Assembly: GCA_951406725.2 (NCBI GenBank)
Contig: OX597817.1
Location: 34,844,001-34,908,000, forward strand
DNA length: 64,000 nucleotides
Direction of reading: 5' to 3'
Source: Octopus vulgaris
Lineage: Eukaryota
Below, piece after piece: positions 12,790 through 25,980 of this stretch (positions are counted from its first letter, which is position 1; each line of letters starts with the position of its first letter). Made by a program: the position numbers and the translations under genes. The notes under the pieces were generated by a model that was not told the origin of the DNA, made no database searches, and was given only the letters and a program-made list of their open reading frames with translations.

Positions 12790-14260
12790 TTCTAATTAAT
12801 TAAATTCTTCATCTGAAGAAGGAGCTGGTTTCTAACAAAGAAACAAAGCTCCATCTTTGGAATGTAGATGAGGAAAACAATGTCAGATTTTAAACCTGAG
12901 AAAAGTCTTGCATAGTTCTGCTGTTCTGCTTACAGACTGTATTTGTAATGTGCGAGACAGTTGCTTGATTTCTTTTTCTGAAAATCCAAGTTTATCCAGA
13001 CTGACAGTTAGGCATTTCCTTACAAAACCAACTACACCAATTATTATTGGTATAAATGTCAATCGGTAATCTGGATATAGAAGCTGGAAGTTTCGAAGTA
13101 GTTGTTCATAGTTATCTTCTTTCTCTTTGATTTTCAAAGAGGTATTCTCATCAGCAGAATAGCTGACCTCGTCTTTCCCAAACAACAATATCTAGCCTGT
13201 TAGGTATCCCAAACAACAATATCTGGCCCGTTATGCTTACACTTGACATGTTTCGATAGGGATGTTTCATCAATATTCATTGTACTCATATTTGTGTACA
13301 TATTCAATAATAGGGGGATTGTCTATATTTATTCCAGGACAATCTTTTTTCCTAATGGTATTGTATATTGTTATTGCGACAACGTCATGTCGCATCAGGA
13401 GGTAGTACTTTGATGACACTTTTGAGTAGCTGCTAATCACATGTGTGATATATTCCACAGAAATATGACATAAGCTACATTTTCGGTCTCTGTTGTTGAT
13501 TAGGTATTTAGTAGCAATCTCCTGTTCTTCGATTGCGACTGTATATCCTTCGAAATGTGATGTGATGTAATGTGCGAGACAGTTGCTTGATTTCTTTTTC
13601 TGAAAATCCAAGTTTATCCAGACTGACAGTTAGGCATTTCCTTACAAAACCAACTACACCAATTATTATTGGTATAAATGTCAATCGGTAATCTGGATAT
13701 AGAAGCTGGAAGTTTCGAAGTAGTTGTTCATAGTTATCTTCTTTCTCTTTGATTTTCAAAGAGGTATTCTCATCAGCAGAATAGCTGACCTCGTCTTTCC
13801 CAAACAACAATATCTAGCCTGTTAGGTATCCCAAACAACAATATCTGGCCCGTTATGCTTACACTTGATATGTTTCGATAGGGATGTTTCATCAATATTC
13901 ATTGTACTCATATTTGTGTACATATTCAATAATAGGGGGATTGTCTATATTTATTCCAGGACAATCTTTTTTCCTAATGGTATTGTATATTGTTATTGCG
14001 ACAACGTCATGTCGCATCAGGAGGTAGTACTTTGATGACACTTTTGAGTAGCTGCTAATCACATGTGTGATATATTCCACAGAAATATGACATAAGCTAC
14101 ATTTTCGGTCTCTGTTGTTGATTAGGTATTTAGTAGCAATCTCCTGTTCTTCGATTGCGACTGTATATCCTTCGAAATGTGATGTGATGTAACAGTCACG
14201 AGTCCAACACAGGCTTCGCTTTATATAAATGTTTCTTATTCAAGTCTTCGGGAAATATGC
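12790..14260 (-). mobile_element. R4/Dong-clade (restriction-like endonuclease) LINE 3' part with a 622-bp tandem duplication
   Basis: CSLCHISVEYITHVISS knuckle, RHDVVA, KHNGPDIVVWD, FIPIIIGVVG; 12944-13565 is repeated at 13566-14187. Confidence 0.88.
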
Positions 14261-14267
14261 ACATGAA

Positions 14268-14667
14268 TACTCTTTTTACTCTTTTACTTGTTTCAGTCAT
14301 TTGACTGCAGCCATGCTGGAGCACCGCCTTTAGTCGAGCAAATCGACCCCAGGACTTATTCTTTGTAAGCCCAGTACTTATTCTATCGGTCTCTTTTGCC
14401 GAACCGCTAAGTGACGGGGACGTAAACACACAAGCATCGGTTGTCAAGCAATGATAGGGGGACAAACACAGACACACAAACACACACATACATATATATA
14501 TATACATATATACGACAGGCTTCTTTCAGTTTCCGTCTACCAAATACACTCACAAGGCTTTGGTCGGCCCGGGGCTATAGCAGAAGACACTTGCCCAAGA
14601 TGTCACGCAGTGGGACTGAACCCGGAACCATGTAGTTGGTTAGCAAGCTACTTACCACACAGCCACT
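14268..14667 (-). mobile_element. SINE family C
   Basis: Family match. Confidence 0.9.
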
Positions 14668-14975
14668 TCTGTTTTATTTTATTTATTTATTATTTTTTTT
14701 TTTTTTGTATGCTGAGCGTTTCAACTCCAGGTCTTTCTGGGGTATGCTTGTCCGGTTGATTTGGAGTTGTATGGGAGGTTATCAGGAAGAGAGTGTTTCC
14801 TGTGGAGCTCACTTCAAAAACATAGGATATAGATTTTCTTCACTTTTCAGCGCTAAGTCTACGTATTTTTACTGCTGTTGTTTAGCAAGTGCTGAGAGAG
14901 ACTATGCGACGTTTGAAGGCCGTCTGCACTGTATATGTGTGTGTGTGCACGCGCGTGTGTATATATATATGTGCA

Positions 14976-15352
14976 TAGGCGCAGGACTGGCTGTGTGGTA
15001 AGCTGTTTGCTTACCAACCACATGGTTCCAGCTTCAGTCCCATTGCGTGGCAATTGAGCAAGTGTCTTCTACTATAGCCACGGGCCGACAAAAGCCTTGT
15101 GACTGGATTTGGTCGACGAAAACTAAAAGAAGCTCTTCGTGTGTGTGTATGTGTGTTTGTACACCCACCGTCGCTTGACAAACCGACGTTGGTGTGTTTA
15201 CGTTCCCGTAAACTAGCAGTTCAGCAAAAGAGACCGATAGAATAAGTAGTAGGCTTCCAAAAGAATAAGTCTTGAGGTCGATTTGTTCGACTAAAGGCGG
15301 TGCTCCAACTTGGCCGCAATGAAATGACTGAAACAAATAAAAGAATGAAAGA
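14976..15352 (+). mobile_element. SINE family C
   Basis: Starts aggcgcaggactggctgtgtggtaag and ends in the aaaagaat tail. Confidence 0.9.
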
Positions 15353-15416
15353 ATATATAGAGAGAGAGAGAGTGAGAGAATGAAAGAATAAAAGAATATA
15401 TATGTATGTGTGTGTG

Positions 15417-15450
<34 letters not shown>

Positions 15451-15487
15451 TAGAATAAAAGAATAAAAGAATATATATGTGTGTGTG

Positions 15488-15521
<34 letters not shown>

Positions 15522-15612
15522 TAGAATAAAAGAATAAAAGAATATATATGTATGTGTGTGTGTGTGTATGTATATATATATACATATATATATATATGTA
15601 TATATATATAAT

Positions 15613-15980
15613 TGGGGGCGCAGTGGTCCAGTGGTTAGGGTAGCGGATTCGCGGTTTCGATTCCCGGACCGGGCGTTGTGAGTGTTTATTGAGCGAAAAC
15701 ACCTAAAGCTCCACGAGGCTCCAGCAGGGGGTGGTGGCGAACCCTGCTGTACTCTTTCCCCACAACTTTCTCTCACTCTATCTTCCTGTTTCTATTGTAC
15801 CTGTATTTCAAAGGGCCGGCCTTGTCACGCTTTGTGTCACGCTGAATCTCCCCCGAGAACTACTTTAAGGGTACACGTGTCTGTGGAGTGCTCAGCCACT
15901 TGCACGTTAATTTCACGGGCAGGCTGTTCCGTTGATCGGATCAACTGGAATCCTCGTCGTCGTAACCGACGGAGTGCCAA
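15613..15980 (+). mobile_element. SINE family A
   Basis: Matches 61687-62071 with a small head deletion. Confidence 0.9.
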
Positions 15981-16288
15981 CATATATACATACATATATA
16001 TATATAATCATCTGTTTGTATATAAGAGGCTACAATTTTCAAAGTATCCTTTCTTGCTTTAAGGCGGGAGGGCGCGATCTGAGAGAAATTAGGCTAATAT
16101 ATCTCAAAGGTCGTGCGCCCGCATAAAGACTTACCGTCGTTGAATCTGAGTCAAATTTAGTGTTGTCGTGTAGTCTCAGGTCAGCTGTATTCGAAAAACT
16201 ATAAGAAAGGTATTAAAATCGATGTGAAAGGCATTTTCCTCCTAACAATTTTGTCGCTTGTATATCAGGAATAATATCGTTTAGCATA

Positions 16289-16550
16289 AATAAAATATAA
16301 ATGCGCCCTTTTAAAGCCTAGCCAAGCTCATGGGCCCGGTTTCTCGGTTTCAATGGCGTATGTGTTCCCCAGCTGGACGGGACGCCAGTCCATCGCAACG
16401 TTACTCATTTTTGCCAGCTGAGTGGACTGGAGCAACGTGAAATGAAGTGGTTTGCTCAAGAACACAATGCGTCACCCGGTCCAGGAATCGAAACCACAAA
16501 ACTTACGATCATGATGCTGTCACCCTAACCACTACGCCACGCGCCTCCAC
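16289..16550 (-). mobile_element. tRNA-derived SINE family E (ccagtccactcagctg core)
   Basis: tRNA-like head; TSD ATCGTTTAGCATA at 16276-16288 and 16551-16563. Confidence 0.88.
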
Positions 16551-17655
16551 ATCGTTTAGCATACCTTTTAGTTAACTGTGTGATTTGCGGGAGTTTGAGC
16601 TGCCCTTGTCAACAGATTGAGCGACAACTGAATTATTTTGCGTTTACCAAACCCTGCAATGTCAAATAGTTAAAGTGTCTGGTGTAAAGAAAACTGCAAA
16701 AACTAGAGTACGCGAGTGCCGTTAAATATGTAAATACATACATTTCAGACAAATATAAATCTTGTGAAAGAAAAGTGTTAAATCGCATATAAGCAACAAA
16801 TCTATGCACAAGCATTTACACACAGCAATCCTCTGGAAGGAATAAAATAACATTTTAATTGGTTTGAAGAAAGTAATATACTGATAATTAAGTGTTACTA
16901 ATACCCCTCACACCCTATATAAATCAACACATCATCATTATCTTTTAATTAAGCATCGCTTGCATGTCAAATTTTCTTTTGGAGTGGGGTGGCCATAAAT
17001 TATGAAAAAGAAAGATAAATGAATTAAACTGCTCGATCAAGACTGTCTAGAACTAGACGGTAACAACAGCAACAAGATTGTTAATCATAGAATTTTGAAA
17101 GTTTGTTATCAAGGCACCAAATATATAGTATTTGAAAACCTGGCATATCTTTAAAGAATATGTGAAATTGTATATGTCATTATTTGATTTTAATTCAATA
17201 TTTTCTTTGTAATAAAATATTTGGCCCCCCAACGCAGCAACCAGCCTTTCAATGGAATCTATAGTGCTGAATATATGCATTTGTCTATGAGTGTATACAA
17301 ATGGCACATGTGTATTCATCATTAAATTCAACACCTCTTTGGGTTTCTTATTTTTGTTTTCTTTTTGACAGATCTAGTGCTAAAGATATAAATTTGTTCT
17401 TCTTATGGAAAGACCCTATCTCTCTAGATAATATATATAGATTCTGCTATATAGGCTGACATATTAATGATTAAATATATTGCTAACAACTTCATTCACT
17501 GCAAATGCATATAAGTGGTTTAAGTTATCAAGAAACATCTGGCCTCTACAACAGCTCATTATTTATTTTCTGTCATGTTAGGCATGTTGAATTAACGTTG
17601 TGTTTGGACTACAAATTCTACTAATATCCTTCATATGAATGGGTACAGTAATAGT

Positions 17656-18038
17656 GGATGGAAGCACTCCGTCGGTTACGACGACGAGGGTTCCGGTTGA
17701 TCCGATCAACGGAACAGCCTGCTCGTGAAATTAACGTGTAAGTGGCTGAGCACTCCACAGACACGTGTACCCTTAACGTAGTTCTCGGGGATATTCAGCG
17801 TGACACAGAGAGTGACAAGGCTGGCCCTTTGAAATACAGGTACAACAGAAACAGGAAGAGTGAGAGAAAGTTGTGGTGAAAGAGTACAGCAGGGATCACC
17901 ACCATCCCTGCCGGAGCCTCGTGAAGCTTTAGGTGTTTTCGCTCAATAAACACTCACAACGCCCGGTCTGGGAATCGAAACCCCGATCCTACGACCGCGA
18001 GTTCGCTGCCCTAACCACTGGGCCATTGCGCCTCCTAA
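17656..18038 (-). mobile_element. SINE family A, full length
   Basis: TSD ACAGTAATAGT at 17645-17655 and 18039-18049. Confidence 0.92.
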
Positions 18039-18731
18039 ACAGTAATAGTAGCTGTGTGGTTTGTTATAAAGTCTGATTCCAAAGCATGTGGTGCTGGCAC
18101 TTTGGGTAAGTGTCTTCTACCATTCTTGGCTAGACCCACACAAGTAATCGAAAGTGGGACGCACATTAGATTGACACCTAACTTAATCCTCCACCCTGTT
18201 TAACACCACCACCTCACACGTTGTTTGCTTTTAACAAAGTCTCTTTGTTATAAACTTTCGGTTCAGACACACCGGACTTCGCTAAATGTATTTTTGCTTC
18301 ATGAAGTTTTCCAGAGGTACGTCTTCAAAAGTGTAGAGTACGATTATTTTGATCAAATTTTAATTTTTAAAAACATTTTAAGATTTCAGATTATTTCCCA
18401 CTTCAAGTTTTATTTAATATTTCTTCCTTTCTCAAAAAATTTCCAGTGTAATCACAAGAGAAATATGTTTCCAATGAGAATTTTCAGGGAATTTTCATGA
18501 GCAAAATGAGATGGAAAGTCATAGGGAAAAGGAGAGGTATCTAAAACTCGTCCAAAATTTTTTTGTTACAGTTTTTTTCCGACATAACCGTAATCGTGAC
18601 CATCTAAAATGTATCCCCTGAAATTTTCATTAAAAATTCTCAAATTTTAAGGTAGTTATGAAGAAAACTAAGTCGGGATAGAGACCTCACTTTTGTAGGT
18701 AGGCCTTTCTTTTTCCCCTTTCTCTTAGCAG

Positions 18732-18917
18732 TTTTGCAAGTCCTGGGGAAAATAATGGGTGCTGCTCTTCCAGTTTTGACAATGATAGAAAAAATATTGA
18801 TTTTAGCTATATCGATATCTCGGGTAGTTTTTGATGCGGTATTATACTTTAAACAAACTAATTTTAGTAATTGGTACCGAATGATTGTTGTGACAGAACT
18901 GTTAGAACGAATGGTTT
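18732..18917 (+). CDS. Candidate internal exon (186 nt, phase 1-1), product unknown
   Basis: Polypyrimidine tract plus tagcag acceptor, gtgagt donor at 18918, and one open frame (LQVLGKIMGAALPVLTMIEKILILAISISRVVFDAVLYFKQ...). I recognise no homology. Confidence 0.25.
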
Positions 18918-18969
18918 GTGAGTAAAGGGCGAGGAGAGGTTTCGTAATTCTTTTATTTATTAGGCACAT

Positions 18970-19208
18970 ACTCTTTACTCTTTTTCTTGTTTTAGTCATT
19001 TGACTGTGGCCATGCTGGAGCACCGCCTTTAGTCGAGCAAATCGACCCCAGGACTTATTCTTTGGAAGCCTAGTACTTATTCTATCGCTAAGTTACGGGG
19101 ACGTAAACACACCAGCATCGGTTGTCAAGCGATGTTGGGGGACAAACACAGACACACAAACAATAAACACACACATACATGTACACACACACACACACAC
19201 ACACATGT

Positions 19209-19287
<79 letters not shown>

Positions 19288-19386
19288 TACGACGGGCTTC
19301 TTTCAGCTTCCGTCTACCAAATCCACTGACAAGGCTTTGGTCGGCCCGAGGCTATAGTAGAAGACACTTGCCCAAAGTGCAACGCA
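18970..19386 (-). mobile_element. SINE family C lacking its 5' head
   Basis: The family match stops at the Tx1 junction. Confidence 0.88.
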
Positions 19387-21640
19387 TTAGCTTTTTGGGT
19401 TTTGGTGACGACATCCATAAGTGGTTTAATATTCTATACGATGGTGCTAGATCTTGCCTGAGAATTAACGGTACATTGTCTCCTTGGTTCCCTGTTGAGC
19501 GAGGCTGTAGACAGGGCGATCCTCTCTCCATGTATTTTTATCTTTTGCGTCGAGGTCCTGGCTGGTCTTATAAGAAAAAAAACGATATATTAAAGGAATT
19601 ACAGTTGATGGTGGGAAGTATCTGTTTTGACGCAATATGCAAACGATACAGAATTCATTTTAGACGGTTCTCAAGAGTCTTTTGAACCTACAGCTGACAC
19701 CTTGAATTTTTTCGCTGATATATCCGGACTTGAAATTAACTATGATAAGTCTCAGGTGATATGTATAGGTTCAAGAAGGGTAGTTCAGTCAGATACTTAA
19801 CTTATTTAATATAAAATGGAACCCAGATCACTTCAAGCTTCTGGGTATATTATTCTCAATAGATTTAAAGGATATGGTCAAAAAGAATTTTGAAAATAAA
19901 TTATTTGAAATTTAGGTAATAATAAATGGATGGATGAAAAGAATAATTACACCACCGGGTAGAATTGCGGTTATAAAATCACTACTCATTTCAAAATTGA
20001 ACTATCTCTACCTTACTCTCCCAAATCCACCGGGTAAATTTCTCCAGGAACTTAACAAAATATTATTTAAATTTCTCTGGAGTGAAAAACCGGATAAAAT
20101 TAAGAGAGTCGTTGCTTGTAAACCTGTCAAAGAAGGTGGACTTGGTATGATCGAAGCTTTTGCTTACGTCAGCCCTTTAAAGCTATCCTGGATGAGAAAG
20201 TTGCTGGACATTCACGATGAATCCAAATGGAAGTGCATGCCATGCCTCCTCCACAAAACTGAAAAATTTAGCTGTATTTGGTAACGCTTTCCCGAACAAA
20301 CTAGCTAACACTATCAGGAATGATTTTTGGCATGACTGTATTTCTGCCTTTGACAAGTTTACAAATAAGACGGAACCTAATTCATTTGATGAATTCATAA
20401 CATGAACCAATTTACTTTAATAAACACTTAAGTGTTGGTAAAGAGGCAATCTTTTTTTTTTTTCCTGCGTGGTTTGAGAGAGGTGTTGGCCAGATTCGTG
20501 ACTTTAGCAATTTAGATGGGTCTTACCGCACCCTGGAGGAATTTCAGAATTTTTTAAAACTAGATATAAATTTTCTCCAGTATAATGAGCTAATCAGGGC
20601 TATTAAAAGTTACCAAACAAAATTTAAAATAAGCAAACCTACTGCTTTCCAAAATTTAGATGATAATATAGCTATCCGAAAGCTCATGTCTGTTAAGAAA
20701 GGAGGCAAACGATACTATTATGTTTTAAACAATGCTGAGACTTGTTTAATATTCAAACACAAGTGGGAAGAGTGTATGCCTGTTGAACTGGAATGGAAAA
20801 AATATTTTTACTACCTATAAAGGCAACAACAGATACTAAACTACGATGGTTCCAATTCAGAATTATACACAATATTTTAGCAACTAATTTTCTACTATTC
20901 AAGATTAAGTTGGCCGAAAGCAACATGAGCACTTTTTGTCAACGTGAGGTGGAGACGGTATCATACCTTTTCTGATATTGAAAATGTGTTCAGGCCTTCT
21001 GACAATGCTTCTTAGATTTGCTGTATGAAAAGTGCATACATGTTCGCAATATGAAACTTGACCTACAGCTCATTCAGTTAGGATTGAGGAAAAAACATAT
21101 ATACGGATGGCATCTTTGACCTGCTAATATTATTAGCAAAATATTTTTATATATAAAACCAAAGTGTCAAAAAACACTCTCAGCTTCAAACATTTTAGAT
21201 ACTTTGTGCACGACAGATATCTAATTGAAAAAAAGAACAGATCATATAATAAAAGCAAGCAAGGGGAATTTTATAAAAAATGGAGGCTCTACCATGAGTC
21301 TGTAAACGCGTGGTAGTCCTCTAGTGTTACTTCTTGTAGAACTGATTAAGATTTTATGGGTGATTGATGAGTGAATGTGTAGTAATGTGTAGTCTAATTT
21401 ATTTTATTCTACTTCTTTATTTTTTATTCCTTCTTTTCTCTCTCTTCTCTTTCTTTGTTATTTATTTATTTATTATTAATATTATTTATATTTTTGTTGC
21501 TTTCTCTTTTTATTTCTTTTCAAAAAAAAAAGGTCTTGTTCTCCGCTTGTTTTATACAAGACTTCACGGTCCCCTGGCTGTGCTGTTTTAAATTATAACC
21601 AGGAGAACTAGAAATAAGAAGTTAATTATATAAAAAAACA
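19387..21640 (+). mobile_element. 5'-truncated Tx1/L1-clade LINE (RT plus zf-RVT), frameshifted
   Basis: WFPVERGCRQGDPLS, GRIAVIKSLLISKLNYL, KEGGLGM, DTKLRWFQFRIIHNILATN; T-rich 3' UTR and A-rich end near 21630. Confidence 0.9.
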
Positions 21641-22017
21641 ACATATATCCATTTAGGCGTATATCAAATAAGGCGTTTTACAGTTATTTCAGAGAGTAGT
21701 GGGGATCTGACAATAATTTCAACAACTGCGCTGAGGGGTAGCTGATAGCAGGGCTTCATTAGTGACAGTGTTGCTGTTGGTGCTTTGCTGTTGCTGCTAT
21801 TGTTGTTGTTATTTAACCCCAGGTCAGTTCTGATCTAACAGGTCTATGATCAAAGGCATTCACTCCATAACCATACTGTTTTTTTTTTGCATATCCAGCA
21901 CTACATTGTGTAACGTATCAATGTATCCTTCTTCATTTACGACACCATTATATGATTTGGGGGAAATATGGTCGCTACTTCTAGCAAGTCCAACACTCAC
22001 TAGACACATGCTGTTTT

Positions 22018-22063
22018 TTTCTTCTTCTTCTTCTTCTTCTTCTTCTTCTTCTTCTTCTTCTTC
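22018..22063. repeat. (TTC)n microsatellite
   Basis: Seen directly. Confidence 0.95.
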
Positions 22064-22139
22064 CAATCAGGACTCACGCCATTAGCCACAAAGAATAATC
22101 TTTAATAGCCTACTCTAAGCTCTAGTAGCCTACTCTAAA

Positions 22140-22563
22140 CTACTAAGAATGCGTGTGGTAACTTGAAGATCCACCCACCACACGCGATAGACTGGCGGTT
22201 GCACGGGCGCGAAAGCTACGTTGTTATCCTCATTCCGTAAATGTTGGCTTTTAACGGGTGTAGAGCTGAACCATCCTGGGGTACAGAGGATTCGCAATCT
22301 AGACTAGGGTCTGAAAGCTTACCACACCATAGTGGGTTAAACCACGGTTCCTCTGCTTTGTGACAGAAGTAGGAAGAACGAGTAAGAGAAAGTTGTGGTG
22401 GAGGAGTACTGTGAAGTTCACCACCTTCCTCCACCCCGCCGGAGCCTCGTGGAGCTTAGGTGTTTTGCTCAATAAACACTCACAATGCTCAGTCTGCGAA
22501 TTGAAACCGCGTTCTTACGACTGCGAGTCCGCTGCCCTAACTACTGGGCCGTTGCACCTCCAC
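22140..22563 (-). mobile_element. Older family-A-head SINE with a distinct 3' tail
   Basis: Head and body match family A to ~22370; the rest is unrelated to the family A tail. Confidence 0.75.
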
Positions 22564-22583
22564 CCACATGTTGCGCTAGCTGT

Positions 22584-22958
22584 TGCTGTTGAGCGAACGG
22601 TCTTCGTCCCAGAGCTCGCAAGATGGGAGAAGTCCGAAACGTGGTCCTTTGCTATTCGTAAGACCCGCAGAAGATAAAGCAGGTCAACCCCCGACACCGA
22701 GAGCATTGACGGATGGATGAATGCGCATCCAGGCTCAGCGGTTGCGTAGGAAGTCGGGGACAAGAAACAGGAAGAAAGGGTGAGAGGAAGTTGGAGCGAA
22801 AGAGTACAAGAGGGGTCGCCACCATCCCCTGCCGGAGGCTCGAGGAGCTTTAGGTGCTTTCGCTCAATAAACACACACAACGCCCGGTCTGGGAATCGAA
22901 ACCGCGATCCTCCGACCGCGAGTCCGCTGCCCTAACCACTGGGCCATTGCGCCTCCAC
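22584..22958 (-). mobile_element. Family-A-head SINE with an alternative, RTE-like tail
   Basis: TSD TGCG(C/G)TAGCTGT at 22572-22583 and 22959-22970. Confidence 0.88.
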
Positions 22959-23339
22959 TGCGGTAGCTGTAGACGTGATGGTCAATCCCTTTCGTAAACT
23001 CAGCAAAAAGTGCCAGAAATAAATTGAAAATACGGTAGTGGCAAAAGTTGACATAGAAAACATGGAATTACTAGAACGCTTCCTTGTCAAAATAGTGAAA
23101 CTCTTAATTCGTTGATAAACACTTGTTCGCGATTGTTTTTATGAACTCTAGCTTAAATGCCTTCACAGAATGTTGGGATTTTATCAGCTGCTTAATGTTA
23201 TTGAAACAACATGGAACCAGCTAACTCAGTTGACGATCAGCCAAAATATCGTATTGAACACATTTAACACTTTACTTGTTCTGCATGTTATTACGTACAG
23301 ACAGATTTTGAAACTTATCTTTTTAGGACATCTATTTCT

Positions 23340-23896
<557 letters not shown>

Positions 23897-23969
23897 CCCA
23901 GCCTATGGTTTTATCTTGCGTGAGGATATAGAAATAATCGGACTGAATACCCGATCGCGCGGTTAAACC

Positions 23970-25223
23970 ATTGGGAGTGAAGGACCCCTAGCCTTTATTA
24001 GACCATCCTTCTAGAAGGCAACTCAGGAAACGGGGTAACTCCACCATAAAACCTGCGGCTCAATGGTTACCGATGATGTTGACTTGTTCTTCTTTTCGGG
24101 TTATGGCTGCTGTTGCTTAGCGAGTGGGATTGACAACAGGAATGATTGTGGTAACTATAGGGGAATATCATTGCTTTCTGTCGTAGGGAAGTTTTTGTGC
24201 AGGGTACTTCTGGATCGTCTGCTGAAACACGTTGCAGATTGTGTTTTTCCAGAAAGTCAATCTGGCTTTCGTGTGGGACGCGGCACTGCTGATGTGATCT
24301 TCTCAGCTAGACAGCTTCAGGAGAAGTGTGTGGAACAGGATCTGGATTTATATCAAGTTTTTGTCGATTTGACAAAAACCTTCGATACCGTTAACAGAAA
24401 TGCACTGTGGAAAGTCCTCCAGAAACTTGGTTATCCTGAAAAGTTCCTTGCTTTGGTTAGGTCTTTCCATGAAGACAGGAAGGGTAGGGTTAATGTCAAG
24501 GGTAAAATGTCGGAGCCCATCACAATAAAAAATGGAGTGAAACAGGGGGATATTTGCCATATATTTTGCGATGGTTTTCTGTATTGCGTTCAGAAATTGC
24601 AGATATGTTGTTTACATCCATTATCGAACCTCTGGGAGCATGTTTAATAACAGGCGCTTTGCTGCAAAAACAAAGGTATTTACCTCTATCATAAGAGACC
24701 TTTTGTATGCAAATGATTGTGATCTAGTAGCGCACACAGAGATTGATATGCAACACATTTTGAATGCATTCTCTGATGCTTGCACTGCCTTAGGATTGAC
24801 AGTCAGTCTCAAGAAAACTGTTGTCATGTACCAACCTGCCCACTGGTAAGTAGTATAGTGAATCAAATATCTATGTGTATGGTAAACGACTTGGTGTAGT
24901 TGATCAGTTTGTCTACCTGGGAAAACTGTTAATAGATATAGAAATTTGGATAGTCAAATTCCATACAGAATTAGGAAAGCAAGTGATGCTTTCGGAAAGC
25001 TAGAAAGGCGCCTCTGGAGTCGATGAGACATATGCAGGAAGACAAAGATAAAGGTGTACAAGGCGTGTGTGCTCTCTTCTCTTCTTTATGCCTGCGAGAC
25101 ATGGGTCACATATCGATACCACGTCAAACAACTGGAACGTTTCCATCAGATGTATCTCAGACGGATCTATGGCATTAAGTGGGAGGACCGCATCAGTGAT
25201 CTTGAGATATTTGAAGGCTCTCG

Positions 25224-25224
<1 letters not shown>
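23970..25224 (+). mobile_element. RTE-clade LINE with 5' leader joined directly to RT (endonuclease region missing)
   Basis: CGNYRGISLLSVVGK, PESQSGFRVGRGTADVIF, GVKQGD, DLLYANDC, YKACVLSSLLYACETW; the leader matches 27443-27610. Confidence 0.9.
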
Positions 25225-25287
<63 letters not shown>

Positions 25288-25432
25288 GTGTGAATGTATA
25301 TATATGTATGTGTATATACATATATATGTGTATGTTTATATATATATATATGTATAGATGTGTATGTGTATGTGTATATACATGTGTATGTGTATATATA
25401 TGTATATATATATATGTATATATATATGTATA

Positions 25433-25513
<81 letters not shown>

Positions 25514-25514
25514 C

Positions 25515-25860
25515 ATTAGTATAAATTTGCCTGAAATCTCCAAGAAGTTAAGGAGATAGACAAAGAACATGCTGCCTTTCCTTCTACTTAGATGCTACTA
25601 ATGTGTCCATCTGTTTTAATTTCATTAAGTTCTATGTCTTTGTGCAGCTGAGGATTGCTCTGCATTTAAATTGATGTAATGGTTGCATTGTTCAATAAAA
25701 TGGAGTTACGTGAAACCATCGTACTGCATTACCTCTGGATATCCTTGTTGCTTATTTTGATTCTAATCACCTTATTTTGAAATTGTATGGATAATACCAT
25801 ACTAAATTCTGGTGCTCCAACTTAAGTACCATATTCATCTGAATCTAAATTTTTGCTGAA
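25515..25860 (+). mobile_element. Dispersed repeat (probable Penelope pLTR) carrying a hammerhead-like motif at 25642-25729
   Basis: GTGCAG-CTGAGGA-[long hairpin]-GAAAC-CATC-GTA-CTGCAT; the 3' part recurs at ~38190-38290. Confidence 0.6.
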
Positions 25861-25902
25861 CTCATATATGTATGTGTAAATAAAATGTGTGTGTGTGTAT
25901 GT

Positions 25903-25938
<36 letters not shown>

Positions 25939-25980
25939 TGGTAGTCTCTGGTAGTCTGAGAAAGACGGTACTGCAATTTC

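Noticed and set aside
17053-17334. 93-aa minus-strand ORF
   Set aside because: No recognisable domain and no supporting splice signals.
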